Positions 51,865-63,640 of a DNA stretch of 64,000 bases are shown piece after piece. Each line of letters begins with the position of its first letter. Within the stretch, counting starts at the first letter, position 1. The notes beneath the pieces are model-generated. The model worked only from the letters and a program-made list of their open reading frames with translations. It had not been told where the DNA came from and did no database searches. This DNA comes from Felis catus (lineage: Eukaryota). The stretch lies in assembly GCF_018350175.1 (NCBI RefSeq), contig NC_058368.1, forward strand, positions 22,322,001 to 22,386,000, read 5' to 3'. A program made the position numbers and the translations under genes.

Positions 51865-52040
51865 AAGTACGTATTTATTTACTTAGAGCTGGGGGGCAGG
51901 GAAAGAGGAAGAGAGAGAATCCAAGCAGGCTATATGTCGTTAGTACAGAGCCCAACGCAGGGCTCAGTTTCATGAACTGTGAGATCATGACCTGAGCTGA
52001 AGTTGTCAGATGCTGAACCAACTGAGCCACCAGGCACCCC
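51865..52040 (-). mobile_element. Can-SINE
   Basis: SINE body; TSD ttaatattg. Confidence 0.9.
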
Positions 52041-53577
52041 TTAATATTGCCCTTTCTGAGGTAACCACAGTCTTTGTTTATAAATTGACTATTATGCTTG
52101 AATTAAATATTATTGTCCCTAAACATGCTCATCCTTCCTCACATTATTTTTTAAAAATTTTCCTTGTCCTTAGTCTACCTTTAGCTCAAACTGATGACAT
52201 CAATCCTAGAATTTACCACCAACTTTCCTAAAATATTAGGTTTTAATATTGAAAGGGGGGGATGAATAAAAATACCCAGGCAAATGAGACTTGAAAACTA
52301 TATTCAATATTAAATTTTGTATTTGAAAAAAAAAAAAAAAAAAACCTCTAGCTTTTACAATAGAAATTCAGAAAGTAAAGTACCTGCATTGTTTGGCAGG
52401 TATGGTAATAAAAGTTGAGAATCACTTGTCTACAATTCTGACTTCTTTAACCTACTATAACAGAGCTTCTGACCCAATATTATACTAAAAGTGCTGTTTT
52501 AAAAAGCACCAATGACTTTAGACACCAGCTGGGAAGCTTGTGAGTGAAAGGAGGTGTTATTAAAAGTTATACAGAAAAAAAAGGGACATACAGCGATGTC
52601 CAACAAGAAGGTATGGCTGTAACAAGGACTAATCATAATTGCCAAATCCAAACCCTCTTATGTTGTGTTATTTTTGTTATATCACAAAAGTTGTACATTT
52701 TATACTTAAAAACATATATATACATCATTTTTAATTCTTCCTTCTGTCCCCAAATCCAGCTCCCAAATTTGCAGCTACCCACTGTGGAAGGTACCCTCTC
52801 AAATTTGTTCTCTACACTTACTTACATGTATGTATAAAGTTTTCTAGTTGTTACATAAATGAAATGACATGTACTGGTCAGTGTCTTTCTTTTTCATATG
52901 AAATAGCTTACTATTTTCTTAAAGAAGTACATTTGTATTTAATTCTTTTTCATGACTGCCTAATATTCTACTGCAAGGGTGTACTATAACTTAACTATTC
53001 TAATGCTGAATAATGGAATTGCTTCCATTTTTCTCCATATGTTTTTCCCTCTGCAAGAAATAAACATGTAAATTCTATATGAAACTATGGCAGCATTTCT
53101 TTAACCTATATATACAGAAATAAAACTTATATTCAGAAGTATGCACTTTTAAAATGGATATTGCTAAACTATTCTCCTAAAAAAGATGAAGCTATTTACA
53201 CTTTGTTCAATAGTTTACAAATGTCTACTTTCCAATTTTACTTTGTAACAAAATAAGCAAAAACTGGACAACCTTAATATTACTAAGATGTTTCTGATGT
53301 TTTCATTTAAATTTTTCAGACTACTGGTATAGTTGAATAACTCTTCCAAACTTTATAAGCTATCTATATTTTTACTTCTATGAATTTCCAACTTATCTTC
53401 TTTTTTGTTTTCTACCAGGCTGATTTTCGTTCATGCTGATTTGAGAGCATACCTTGAATACTCTGAATATTAATTTTGTCTATAACACGTGAATTATTTG
53501 ACAATTCAGTTGCTTGCTTTTTTTAATGGTATCTGAGTTTGATGTCTCACTTGACAAGGCCTACTCTACTCTAAAAT

Positions 53578-53789
53578 GTTTTTTTATTTTTTTTAAATTT
53601 TTTTAATGTTTGACAGAGATAGAGCATGACGGGGAGGGGCAGAGAGAGAGGGAGACACAGAATCTGAAGCAGGCTCCAGGCTCTGAGCTGTCAGCACGGA
53701 GCCCGATGTGGGGCTCAAACTCATGGACCTTGAGATCATGATCTGAGCTGAAGTCGGACACTTAACCGACTGAGCCACCCAGGTGGCCC
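53578..53789 (-). mobile_element. Can-SINE
   Basis: SINE body; TSD aaaatgttttt. Confidence 0.95.
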
Positions 53790-53818
53790 TCCAAAATGTT
53801 TTTAAAAATTCACTTCTA

Positions 53819-54033
53819 GGGGCGCCTGGGTAGCGCAGTCGGTTAAGCGTCCGACTTCAGCCAGGTCACGATCTCGTGGTCCGTGAGTTCGAGCTCCGCA
53901 TCAGGCTCTGGGCTGATGGCTCAGAGCCTGGAGCCTGTTTCTGATTCTGTGTCTCCCTCTCTCTCTGCCCCTCCCCCGTTCATGCTCTGTCTCTCTCTGT
54001 CCCAAAAATAAATAAACGTTGAAAAAAAAAAAA
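53819..54033 (+). mobile_element. SINEC_Fc (young)
   Basis: TSD aaaaattcacttcta. Confidence 0.97.
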
Positions 54034-54206
54034 TTCACTTCTAAAACTTTCGCCATTTTATTTACTTATATTTAGTCTATCTAGATTTTAGTTTTGATAG
54101 TGGCATGAAGTGGGTCCTAATTATCTTTACCTCAACTGGATAGCCAATTGCCCCACACCATTTATAGAACAGCTCTTCCATTACTCATTTATCACACAAT
54201 AAATTC

Positions 54207-55646
54207 TTTTTTTTTTTTTTTTTTGGACTCAGGCAATTTATTTTATTTATTTTTTTTTTATATATATGAAATTTATTGACAAATTGGTTTCCATACAACA
54301 CCCAGTGCTCATCCCAAAAGGTGCCCTCCTCAATACCCATCACCCACCCTCTCCTCCCTCCCACCCCCCAACAACCCTCAGTTTGTTCTCAGTTTTTAAC
54401 AGTCTCTTATGCTTTGGCTCTCTCCCACTCTAACCTCTTTTTTTTTTTTTTTCCTTCCCCTCCCCCATGGGTTCCTGTTAAGTTTCTCAGGATCCACATA
54501 AGAGTGAAACCATATGGTATCTGTCTTTCTCTGTATGGCTTATTTCACTTAGCATCACACTCTCCAGTTCCATCCACGTTGCTACAAAAGGCCATATTTC
54601 ATTTTTTCTCATTGCCACGTAATATTCCATTGTGTATATAAACCACAATTTCTTTATCCATTCATCAGTTGATGGACATTTAGGCTCTTTCCATAATTTG
54701 GCTATTGTTGAGAGTGCTGCTATGAACATTGGGGTACAAGTGGCCCTATGCATCAGTACTCCTGTATCCCTTGGATAAATTCCTAGCAGTGCTATTGCTG
54801 GGTCATAGGGTAGGTCTATTTTTAATTTTCTGAGGAACCTCCACACTGCTTTCCAGAGCGGCTGCACCAATTTGCATTCCCACTAACAGTGCAAGAGGGT
54901 TCCCGTTTCTCCACATCCTCTCCAGCATCTATAGTCTCCTGATTTGTTCATTTTGGCCACTCTGACTGGCGTGAGGTGATACCTGAGTGTGGTTTTGATT
55001 TGTATTTCCCTGATAAGGAGCGACGCTGAACATCTTTTCATGTGCCTGTTGGCCATCCGGATGTCTTCTTTATAAAAGTGTCTATTCATGTTTTCTGCCC
55101 ATTTCTTCAGTGGGTTATTTGTTTTTCGGGTGTGGAGTTTGGTGAGCTCTTTATAGATTTTGGATACTAGCCCTTTGTCCGATATGTCATTTGCGAATAT
55201 CTTTTCCCATTCCGTTGGTTGCCTTTTAGTTTTGTTGGTTGTTTCCTTTGCTGTGCAGAAGCTTTTTATCTTCATAAGGTCCCAGTAATTCACTTTTGCT
55301 TTTAATTCCCTTGCCTTTGGGGATGTGTCGAGTAAGAGATTGCTACGGCTGAGGTCAGAGAGGTCTTTTCCTGCTTTCTCCTCTAAGGTTTTGATGGTTT
55401 CCTGTCTCACATTTAGGTCCTTTATCCATTTTGAGTTTATTTTTGTGAATGGTGTGAGAAAGTGGTCTAGTTTCAACCTTCTGCATGTTGCTGTCCAGTT
55501 CTCCCGGCACCATTTGTTAAAGAGGCTGCCTTTTTTCCATTGGATGTTCTTTCCTGCTTTGTCAAAGATGAGTTGGCCATACGTTTGTGGGTCTAGTTCT
55601 GGGGTTTCTATTCTATTCCATTGGTCTATGTGTCTGTTTTTGTGCC
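54207..55646 (-). mobile_element. Young 5'-truncated felid LINE-1 (ORF2 C-terminus, 3'UTR, polyA)
   Basis: ORF2 peptides [23 protein letters not shown]...[31 protein letters not shown]... with a single TGG>TAG stop at 54885-54883. 18-bp TSD atcacacaataaattctt at 54191-54208 and 55647-55664. Confidence 0.97.
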
Positions 55647-56150
55647 ATCACACAATAAATTCTTACGTATCCATGGAGCTCCTCCTGAATTCTAAATTCT
55701 GTTCCTATCATCAACATGCTCATTGCTACTCCAAATTCTTATTTTTTTTAATTGTGATTTTATGGTATATTTTCATCTTTGGTAGGAATGTTCCCCTTTG
55801 TTAGGGTTTTTTTTTTTTTTTTTTAAATTTACTTGGCCATTCTTATGTATTTCACCTTCTTAAAACTTGAAACATCAGTTTGTCAACTTCCATTTTAAAA
55901 TCCAATTATCATCTAATTAGAATTACACTAACTCATTGACTCATTTGGTGAGAACTGCCATTTTTACAATATTGAGTTATCATATTCAGGAATATAGTAT
56001 GTTCTCCATTAAGATCTTCTTGGTAGTTTTCTTTAAATAGCTGCTGCATATTTTAAAAGGTTCTTAAGTATTTTATAATTTTGACTTCTACTTTTTTATT
56101 GTTTTTCATAGTTGGCTACTGCTGGTGTATAATAAGAAAGGTAATGAATT

Positions 56151-56356
56151 GGGGCACCTAGGTGGCTCAGCTGGTTGAGTATTTGACTCTTGATTTTGGC
56201 TGAGGTCATGGTCTCATGGCTCATGGGATCTAGCCCTGTGTTGGGCTCTGCACTCACAGCATGGAGCCGGCTTGGGATTCTCTCTCTCCTTTTCTCTCTC
56301 TGCCCCTCCCCTGCTCATGCTCTTTCTGTCAAAATAATCTTAAAAAAAAAAAAAAA
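56151..56356 (+). mobile_element. Can-SINE
   Basis: Head, CT tract, polyA. Confidence 0.93.
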
Positions 56357-56844
56357 GGCTAATGAATCTTTTAAGTTATAGCCAGCTGGTTTACTAAAAT
56401 CTCTTTGTGACTCAAATCACGTTGTGCGGACTATCCTGTATTTTTGAAGTAGGCAGTATCAACTGCAAATACTAACAGTGATATATCTCACCTTACTCCC
56501 TTGCCCCACCCAGCATACCCCTTATTTAGATGTTAATTATTTTTCTTGTTTCTTACTGCATTGGCTGAGACTTTAGGGCAAGTGTTATGTTCCTATCTTT
56601 TTATGGAAGTGCTTCTAATATTTCACTGACATTTAATACAGGCTTCTGACAGAGACCCTTTACTAGGCTATTTCTTATTAATTGTTATCAGGGACAACTG
56701 AATTTTAGAAAAGGATATTTCTAGTACCAAAGAGATAATCATATAGTTTTATCCTGTAATTAATACAGTGAATTACATCAACATGTTTTCCAATACTGAA
56801 TCGATATTATACTCCTGGGATTCAACATATCAGAACTGATATGA

Positions 56845-57090
56845 TTTAATGATTAAAAGCCCAGGCTCTAGAATCGGGTGCCTGGGTTCAAATCCCAAAT
56901 CTTTCACTAACTAGTATAATCTTAGGCATGCTGTTTAACTTCACTCTGCTTCAGTTTCCTCATTTTTAAAACAGTGATGATAGTAATTACCTCAGAGGGT
57001 TGTTTTAAGGATTTAAGTCAACTGATACAGGTAATGCTATTTGGAACAGCAGCCAGAACACAGAGAGTATTTAATACATATTAACTGATT
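56845..57090 (+). mobile_element. MIR
   Basis: ggctctagaatc...cctgggttcaaatccc...tctgcttcagtttcctcattt...tacctcagagggttg. Confidence 0.85.
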
Positions 57091-57137
57091 ATCTACTGAG
57101 TGTCTTATATTTGTCAGGTATAGGGTATATAGCATCG

Positions 57138-57346
57138 CAGGAGTCAGCAAACTAAGGCCTGTGGGCCAAATCTGGCCCCATGCCTGTTTCTGTAAAGGGA
57201 ACATAGTCATACCCAATGTTTGTAGCTCATCTATGGCTATTTTTATGCTCCTACAACACAGTTAAGTAGTTGTAATAGTCCATACAGCCACACATCTTAA
57301 AATATTTACTATCTGCTCCTTTATAGAAAAAAAAATTGCCAACTTC
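57138..57346 (+). mobile_element. MER58-like hAT-Charlie
   Basis: caggagtcagcaaacta.ggcctgtgggccaaatctggccc...aaaatatttactatctg...ttgccaac. Confidence 0.85.
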
Positions 57347-57666
57347 AGCAGTACTGTTCAAACTCAATAAGTTCATAGTCTAATAGTTGAGACAAGCAAA
57401 TATATATATGTATACGCTACAGTATGATATGTACACAATCATGATACAGAGGATAATATGGAAACATGGCAGTTCGGTACTCAATGACAGGAGAGATTCA
57501 CACAAGTGAAAAAAGGCAAGACAAGAGGTATTTTATTTACTCTTATTTTTCAATGTGCATTTGTTTCTATGTCTTTATCTCTTATCCTAGTTTGTGAATT
57601 AGTAGAGGGATGGGAGTATGACATTTATCTTTGTGATATCCATACCGTAAATATCTAGGACATTTA

Positions 57667-57878
57667 GGGGCGCCTGGGTGGCTCAGTCGGTTAAGCGTCC
57701 GACTTCAGCTCAGGTCACGATCTCACGTTCCGGGAGTTCGAGCCCCGCATCGGGCTCTGGGCTGATGGCCCATAGCCTGGAGCCTGCTTCCGGTTCTGTG
57801 TTTCCCTCTCTCTCTGCCCCTCCCCTGTTCATGCTCTGTCTCTCTCTGTCTCAAAATAAATAAACATTAAAAAAAAAA
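57667..57878 (+). mobile_element. SINEC_Fc
   Basis: TSD aaatatctaggacattta. Confidence 0.97.
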
Positions 57879-58766
57879 TATCTAGGACATTTAAAGAATT
57901 AACAAATGATAGATGAAAAATGGTGAAAATAAGAATAGGCTATCCAGGTGACAATGATTAGAAATGTCTGTCAAAGTTCTAGATATAAATATCCTATGGC
58001 AAGCAGTTTCCTTGCCATGTTAAATGGGCTCTCTCATCTAATTGTTGTAACAGCCAATTCTAAAAGATAGATTACCCCTCTTTAAAGTGAAAAAAACTAA
58101 GGTCCATAGGGGTAATGTAACATGTTCGTGTTTATATACAGCAAATAAGGGAAGGAGCCAACAAATAACCCTCTATCTGCCTAATTTAAAACATAAGCTC
58201 TTTCTACTACAAAGTTGGGAAAAAATATAGTCACAGGATATCAACAGAATAAATTGTGGCATGATTTCTAAAATTTTCTAAATTTTCTAATTTCTAAGAT
58301 TTTCTAAAATTGTGGCATCAATTTCTAAAAGTATTGATTTGAATAAACTCATGTTTTTGAAATATTAGTCTAGAAGCAGCCTGAAAGATGAATTAGAGGG
58401 ACAACTGCCCATACTCTACCACACACATTAGGCCAGTTTTAGCAAGGTTAAAGTAATAGATTAAAAAAATAAAATTGCTAGCATACAGTGGCATTTGAGA
58501 ACAGTGATGAACTTAATATCTGAAGTATCAGAAATAGCTGGTCCTAACACAGAAGAAACAAAAACATAGTTCATAAACTATTACCAACATGTAAGAAAAA
58601 CAAGTATACAGTGCAAATGAAAATATTACATGGAAAAAATCCAGTCCTAAGAACAAAATGGTAAATTGAGAATGCCTGTCTTAAGCAAATAAAAAAAATT
58701 TAGAAATTGCAAACATAATCAAATCCCATGTTATAAATGTTTCATTTTAAAAATTTAAGGAAATCT

Positions 58767-58972
58767 GGGGCACCTGGATGGATCAGTCGGTTAAGCGTCT
58801 AACTTGGGCTCAGGTCACGAAATTGCAGTTCGTGAGTTTAAGCCCCATATTGGGCTCTGTGCTGACAGCTGAGAGCCTGGAGCCTGCTTTGGATTCTGTG
58901 CCTCCCTCTCTCTGTTCCTCCCCTGCTTGCACTCTGTCTCTCTCTCAAAAATAAATAAAGATTAAAAAAAAA
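58767..58972 (+). mobile_element. Can-SINE
   Basis: TSD aaaatttaaggaaatct. Confidence 0.95.
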
Positions 58973-59337
58973 TTTAAGGAAATCTTAAGAAAAGTTGATT
59001 TTGAAGTAAATGAAATGACTATTCCTTCAAGCTAGATCTCAAAAGTAGTTGCTGTACATAACATCTATTTCTGAAAAAGAAAGTATATAATTACTTTTTT
59101 TTAAAAGTCTTAACTGTGCTTTAAAATGTACTTAAACATCTGTTTAGAACCTCCAAAGTAGATTTTTTTTTTCTCTCACAGGGAAGTGGATAATAAAGAA
59201 ATCACTAAATTTTCTAAGATATTCTGTACAAATACATATTGAAATGTGGATTCTAAAGAAGGAAAATAAAAAATACCTGTCAGATATTTGTGGTAAGAGG
59301 CTGATTAACACAATCTAACTTATCAAATTTGGATAAC

Positions 59338-59579
59338 ATTTTTTTTTTAACGTTTATTTATTTTTGAGAGAGAGAGAGAGAGAGAGCGCGCACACGAGAG
59401 AGAGCGAGAGAGAGCGCAAGCAGGGGAGGGGCAGAGAAAGAAGGAGACACAGAATTTGAAGTAGTCTCCAGACTCTGAGCTGTCCACATAGAGCCAGACC
59501 CGGGGCTCGAAAACTCACAAACCATGAGATTATGACCTGAGCTGAAGATGGATATTCAACCAAGCCACCCCAAAACCCC
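59338..59579 (-). mobile_element. Can-SINE
   Basis: SINE body and tail. Confidence 0.92.
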
Positions 59580-59624
59580 AAACTTGAATAACTTTTATAT
59601 CAAGGTTTATTTCAAAGTACATAT

Positions 59625-59775
59625 CTGTAAGTGATGAATCACTGAATTCTACTTCTGAAACCAACATTGCATTGTACATTAACTAAACAGAATTTACACT
59701 TACCTTAGCCAAAAGGCCAAGAAGTGATTAACTAAATAGAATTTAAACAAAAATTAGAAAAGAAAAAAAAAAGTA
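59625..59775 (+). mobile_element. Carnivore L1 extreme 3' end (hosts the U2 fragment)
   Basis: tgtaagtgatgaatcactgaattctacttctgaaaccaacattgc...taactaaa.agaatttaaa plus an A tail. Confidence 0.8.
59696..59728 (-). pseudogene. U2 snRNA 5' fragment retrocopy (about 33 nt)
   Basis: Minus strand reads atcacttcttggccttttggctaaggtaagtgt versus U2 5' end ATCGCTTCTCGGCCTTTTGGCTAAGATCAAGTGT. Flanked by a 16-bp TSD, taactaaa(c/t)agaattt, at 59680-59695 and 59729-59744. Confidence 0.9.
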
Positions 59776-60911
59776 CCCATCAAACTTTTTATTTCTAACA
59801 GCCAGCACATAAGAGATCTCAAGAAGTGAGGGAGAAAAAGAGATATTAAAGTCAATCAGAAGTAACAGTTTCATCTGTAAAATAAAAGTACTAACACGTA
59901 TCTGGTATGTCTGTATAGAATTTAAAAAATAACCAAATATAGGGCCTAAACTCCAATGAGAATTCAACAAATGGATCTTATTACTATAGATACAGGAATA
60001 GTCTTCCACTTGAAAAAAAAAAAAAAAACCATAAGGAATTCACTTTTGCATATTTTTATCCCACTCTGGAAAAGAATAGCTGAAGTTGCTTGGAATATAA
60101 GATCAGTATTCTCTTGTAAAAGAACAGAGGCATTGGATATGGACTGCACTGCAAGATTAATAAGAACAGAAAGAAAGAAAGCTTTTATATGCGTTCTCTT
60201 TGCTAAGAAAGCAGTTAAAACAATTAAATAAATGAAATGCTTAGTCCAATATAGTATTAATGTAAACACTTATTTGGTACTTTGTTTTCACGGCGTCCAA
60301 CATCTTTTTGGGTGCTCATAATATTTCTGTGGGGAAAACAGGATAGATAGCATTCTCAATTTTAAGGATTAGGAATTTAAGATTGAAAAAAATTAATCTG
60401 ACATCATATGGCTAATAAGGGTGAAGGTGGAACTAAGATGCATGGTACTTAATCTAAAAAACAAAATAACTAGAATGATCAAGCTGTTTTCAAGTACTGG
60501 CAAAAGGGAGGTGGGAGAGTGAAATGTTAATTTCTCTTTAAAGCAAAATTTAAAAAGTCCAATTTTTACTAGGTAACATTCATGGGGGCTTAAATTTGGT
60601 TCAAAAGGTTCATACTGCCTTAAAATAAGACAATATATACATATAAAGTATGGAAAATGCTAGTATAAATAAATTACAAAACTCAACTTAAGTTCTGAAG
60701 TTTTGTTTGTTGATTTTAATGTTTTTAAGAGGGGAAAAAAAAGAAACAACACTGATTTTACCCAGACAGCTCTCCATCTTCTACATCTTTCCTCTTTCCA
60801 GCACCTAATATTATCCTTCATATACAGAACATGTTTACTAATACCCACAAATCAAAAAATGCTTTATGCTATATTCTTGTTCTCCTGATGACACAAAATG
60901 ATGTCATTACT

Positions 60912-61134
60912 CTTTTTTTTTTTTTTTTTTAAGTTTTTTATTTATTTTTGGGACAGAGAGAGACAGAGCATGAACGGGGGAGGGGCAGAGAGAGAGGGAG
61001 ACACAGAATCGGAAACAGGCTCCAGGCTCTGAGCCATCAGCCCAGAGCCTGATGCGGAGCTCGAACTCACGGACCACGAGATCGTGACCTGGTTGAAGTC
61101 GGACGCTTAACCGACTGCGCCACCCAGGCGCCCC
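60912..61134 (-). mobile_element. SINEC_Fc (young)
   Basis: TSD gtcattactctt. Confidence 0.97.
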
Positions 61135-61354
61135 GTCATTACTCTTGATGACAGAGTAACCCTAGCCAATTGATTCATGTGACCATAACCTGGGGCACCA
61201 CTATTCACCTGGTAATGGTATATGAAACACAATGTGCTGAAGGAAACAACTGACTTAGAAATACACATCTATAAATTTAGAAACTTCAAAGAGCTAGTTC
61301 ACGTGAATGAATTTTCAAAGTAACTGATATTTGTCCTCTAAATCACCGTATCTT

Positions 61355-61552
61355 TTTAAAAATGTTGTTAATGCTTGTTTATCTTTGGGGGGGGTGTGTG
61401 CAGAGAGAGAGAGAGACACAGAATCTGAAGCAGGCTCCAGGCTCTGAGCTGTCAGCACAGAGGCCCATTGCGGGGTATGAACTCACGAACTGTGAGATCA
61501 TGACCTGAGCTGAAGTCAGACGCTTAACCAACTGAGCCACCCAGGGGGCCCC
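61355..61552 (-). mobile_element. Can-SINE
   Basis: SINE body. Confidence 0.93.
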
Positions 61553-61906
61553 ACCATAGCTTATCTTTAAGTAATCTTAATGGAAATATTTTAGAAGGGA
61601 TTTCTAGGTCTTTCTTCTTTACTTTAATCTGCACATGATGCAACCTTTTCTTGATGATTCAAGCTCATCAATGGAAACATCATTAGACTGTTCTGAAACA
61701 CAGTGACTCTTGGAGTTATGAGAGATGTCTGTTTATCTCTTCACTAATTCGCCCTAGACTACTTTTAAAGACAAAGTTTGCTTCCACCAGTTCCCTGTTA
61801 TCACTTACAGGCCACCAGTACCCTAGCCAAAGTTTATAAAATGCCAGTTGTAGTTTAAAATATGCAAAACCAAAACAGGCTGTTGATATACTTAACCTTT
61901 ACATAA

Positions 61907-62142
61907 ATTTTATTTTTTTTAATGTTTATTTACTAATTTTGAGAGAGAGAGAGGGAAAGACAGAGGGACAGAGAAGGAGGGAGGGATAGAGCAGGGGAGA
62001 GGCAGAGGGAGAGAATCCCAAGCAGGCTCCATGCAGCCAGCATAGAGCCCAACACAGGGCTTGATGTCATCAACAGTGTGATCATGACCTGAGCCAAAAT
62101 CAAGAGTCAGACGTTTAATGGACTGAGGCACCCAGTCACCCC
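61907..62142 (-). mobile_element. Can-SINE
   Basis: TSD aacctttacat. Confidence 0.93.
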
Positions 62143-62461
62143 AACCTTTACATGAATTTTAAATCAAGCCATGATGGACCTATTTTCACTGCTGGAAGGT
62201 CTGGCTCAAAGATTTTTCTTCTTTCACTTCACTTCACTTCTTTCACTAGGTTCTAACACCTAGTCTAGGCTATTGCTAGGAGTCTGACCACAAAATAATA
62301 ATTACAATAATATTTATTTCTACATATTTTCTTTATTTTTACTATAACATAGGGAACAAATATAAATAATAGTCATAACAAAACACACCAATCATGTAGA
62401 CAAACAATATAAAACACCTGACATATATGCTATAAGGACAATTACCTAGCCCAATTATTAG

Positions 62462-62664
62462 CAAGAGTCAGCAAACTAGGTCCACTGGCCGAATCCAGCC
62501 CATAGCTGGCTTATTTTTGTTTGTCCCTTGAGTTAAGAATGATTCTTATATTTATAAAAAATTATTTAAAAAATAAAAGATACTCACTAGAGACCATAAG
62601 TAAACTGCAAAGCCTAACATATTTATCATCTGGCACTCTATAGTAAAAGTTTGCCAATTCCTGT
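62462..62664 (+). mobile_element. MER58-like hAT-Charlie
   Basis: gagtcagcaaacta...ggccgaatccagccc...aaaagtttgccaattcctg. Confidence 0.8.
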
Positions 62665-63447
62665 TCTGAGCTGTAATAAACAAACACATATAAGACATAT
62701 ATGTAAGGCTATCCCTTACACATAAAACAACCTATTAATGTATCTAAGCAGACATATAGTTCTTCCAGTGATGAGCTCATAATGATACAGCCAAACTATC
62801 TTGTCCAGTCCTGCCTATTCCTTTTGACCATCCCCTGGGGCTTAGCCAAAATCTGTATGCAACCTTCTTTCTTTCTTCCTCTTAATACTTATCCTTAGAT
62901 GCTCTCAGACTGGTCTCCTTGCTACCACTTCCAGCTCTGCATGTCAATTCTTTTGCGAAATCCTTCCCCAGCTTCAAGTCTGACTTCTTCCAAATGTCTT
63001 CCATGATCATTCTAGCCCTCAGTAGCCTCACTTTTCTTGCCACACAACTTAATAATGACATCTCAGATTTTTGCTAATGATTTTCTGTGTGTTAGTCTAG
63101 TATCCACAACTATTTTCTAAACAACTTGAAGGAAAGATATCACACTGCTTTAGTATCCCCACTTTAATAATAGCTCATCAATCTCTTAGCACATGTCACC
63201 TCCCAAGTGTACCTCTCTGTCTTGGAAAAAAATAACCCGAGGACTGGTAATGGGTGATAAGTGATTGGAAATATAAAAGGAGGACACCCACAAAGTAACT
63301 GGATGCAAGACCATAAGCTACACTGCCAACTTGGAAAGTGTATGTGAAGACAAAACTATAATAGAAGAATAGAGAGATAAGGATCAAGAGATAACAAGAC
63401 TACTGAATACTCTGAAATAAAAGGAGATCAAAATATTATAAAAATTA

Positions 63448-63640
63448 GGGGCACCTGGGTGGCTCATTTGGTTAAGCAACTGACTTAATTTTGGCTCAGG
63501 TCATGATCTTGCAGTTCCTGGGATGAAGCCCCACGGCAGGCTCTGGGCTGACAGCATGGAGGCTGCTTGGGATTCTCTCTCTCTCTCTGGCCATCCCACA
63601 CCCACACTCTCTCTCAAAATAAGTAGATAAACTTAAAAAT
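63448..63640 (+). mobile_element. Can-SINE
   Basis: Head, CT tract, tail; TSD-like tatta.aaaaatta. Confidence 0.93.

Noticed and set aside
54276..55804. ORFs of 121-197 aa
   Set aside because: L1 ORF2 remnant and its antisense frames; 5'-truncated with a premature stop.
59743..60269. Three overlapping ORFs of 88-101 aa
   Set aside because: AT-rich low-complexity frames spanning polyA runs, with no recognisable homology.
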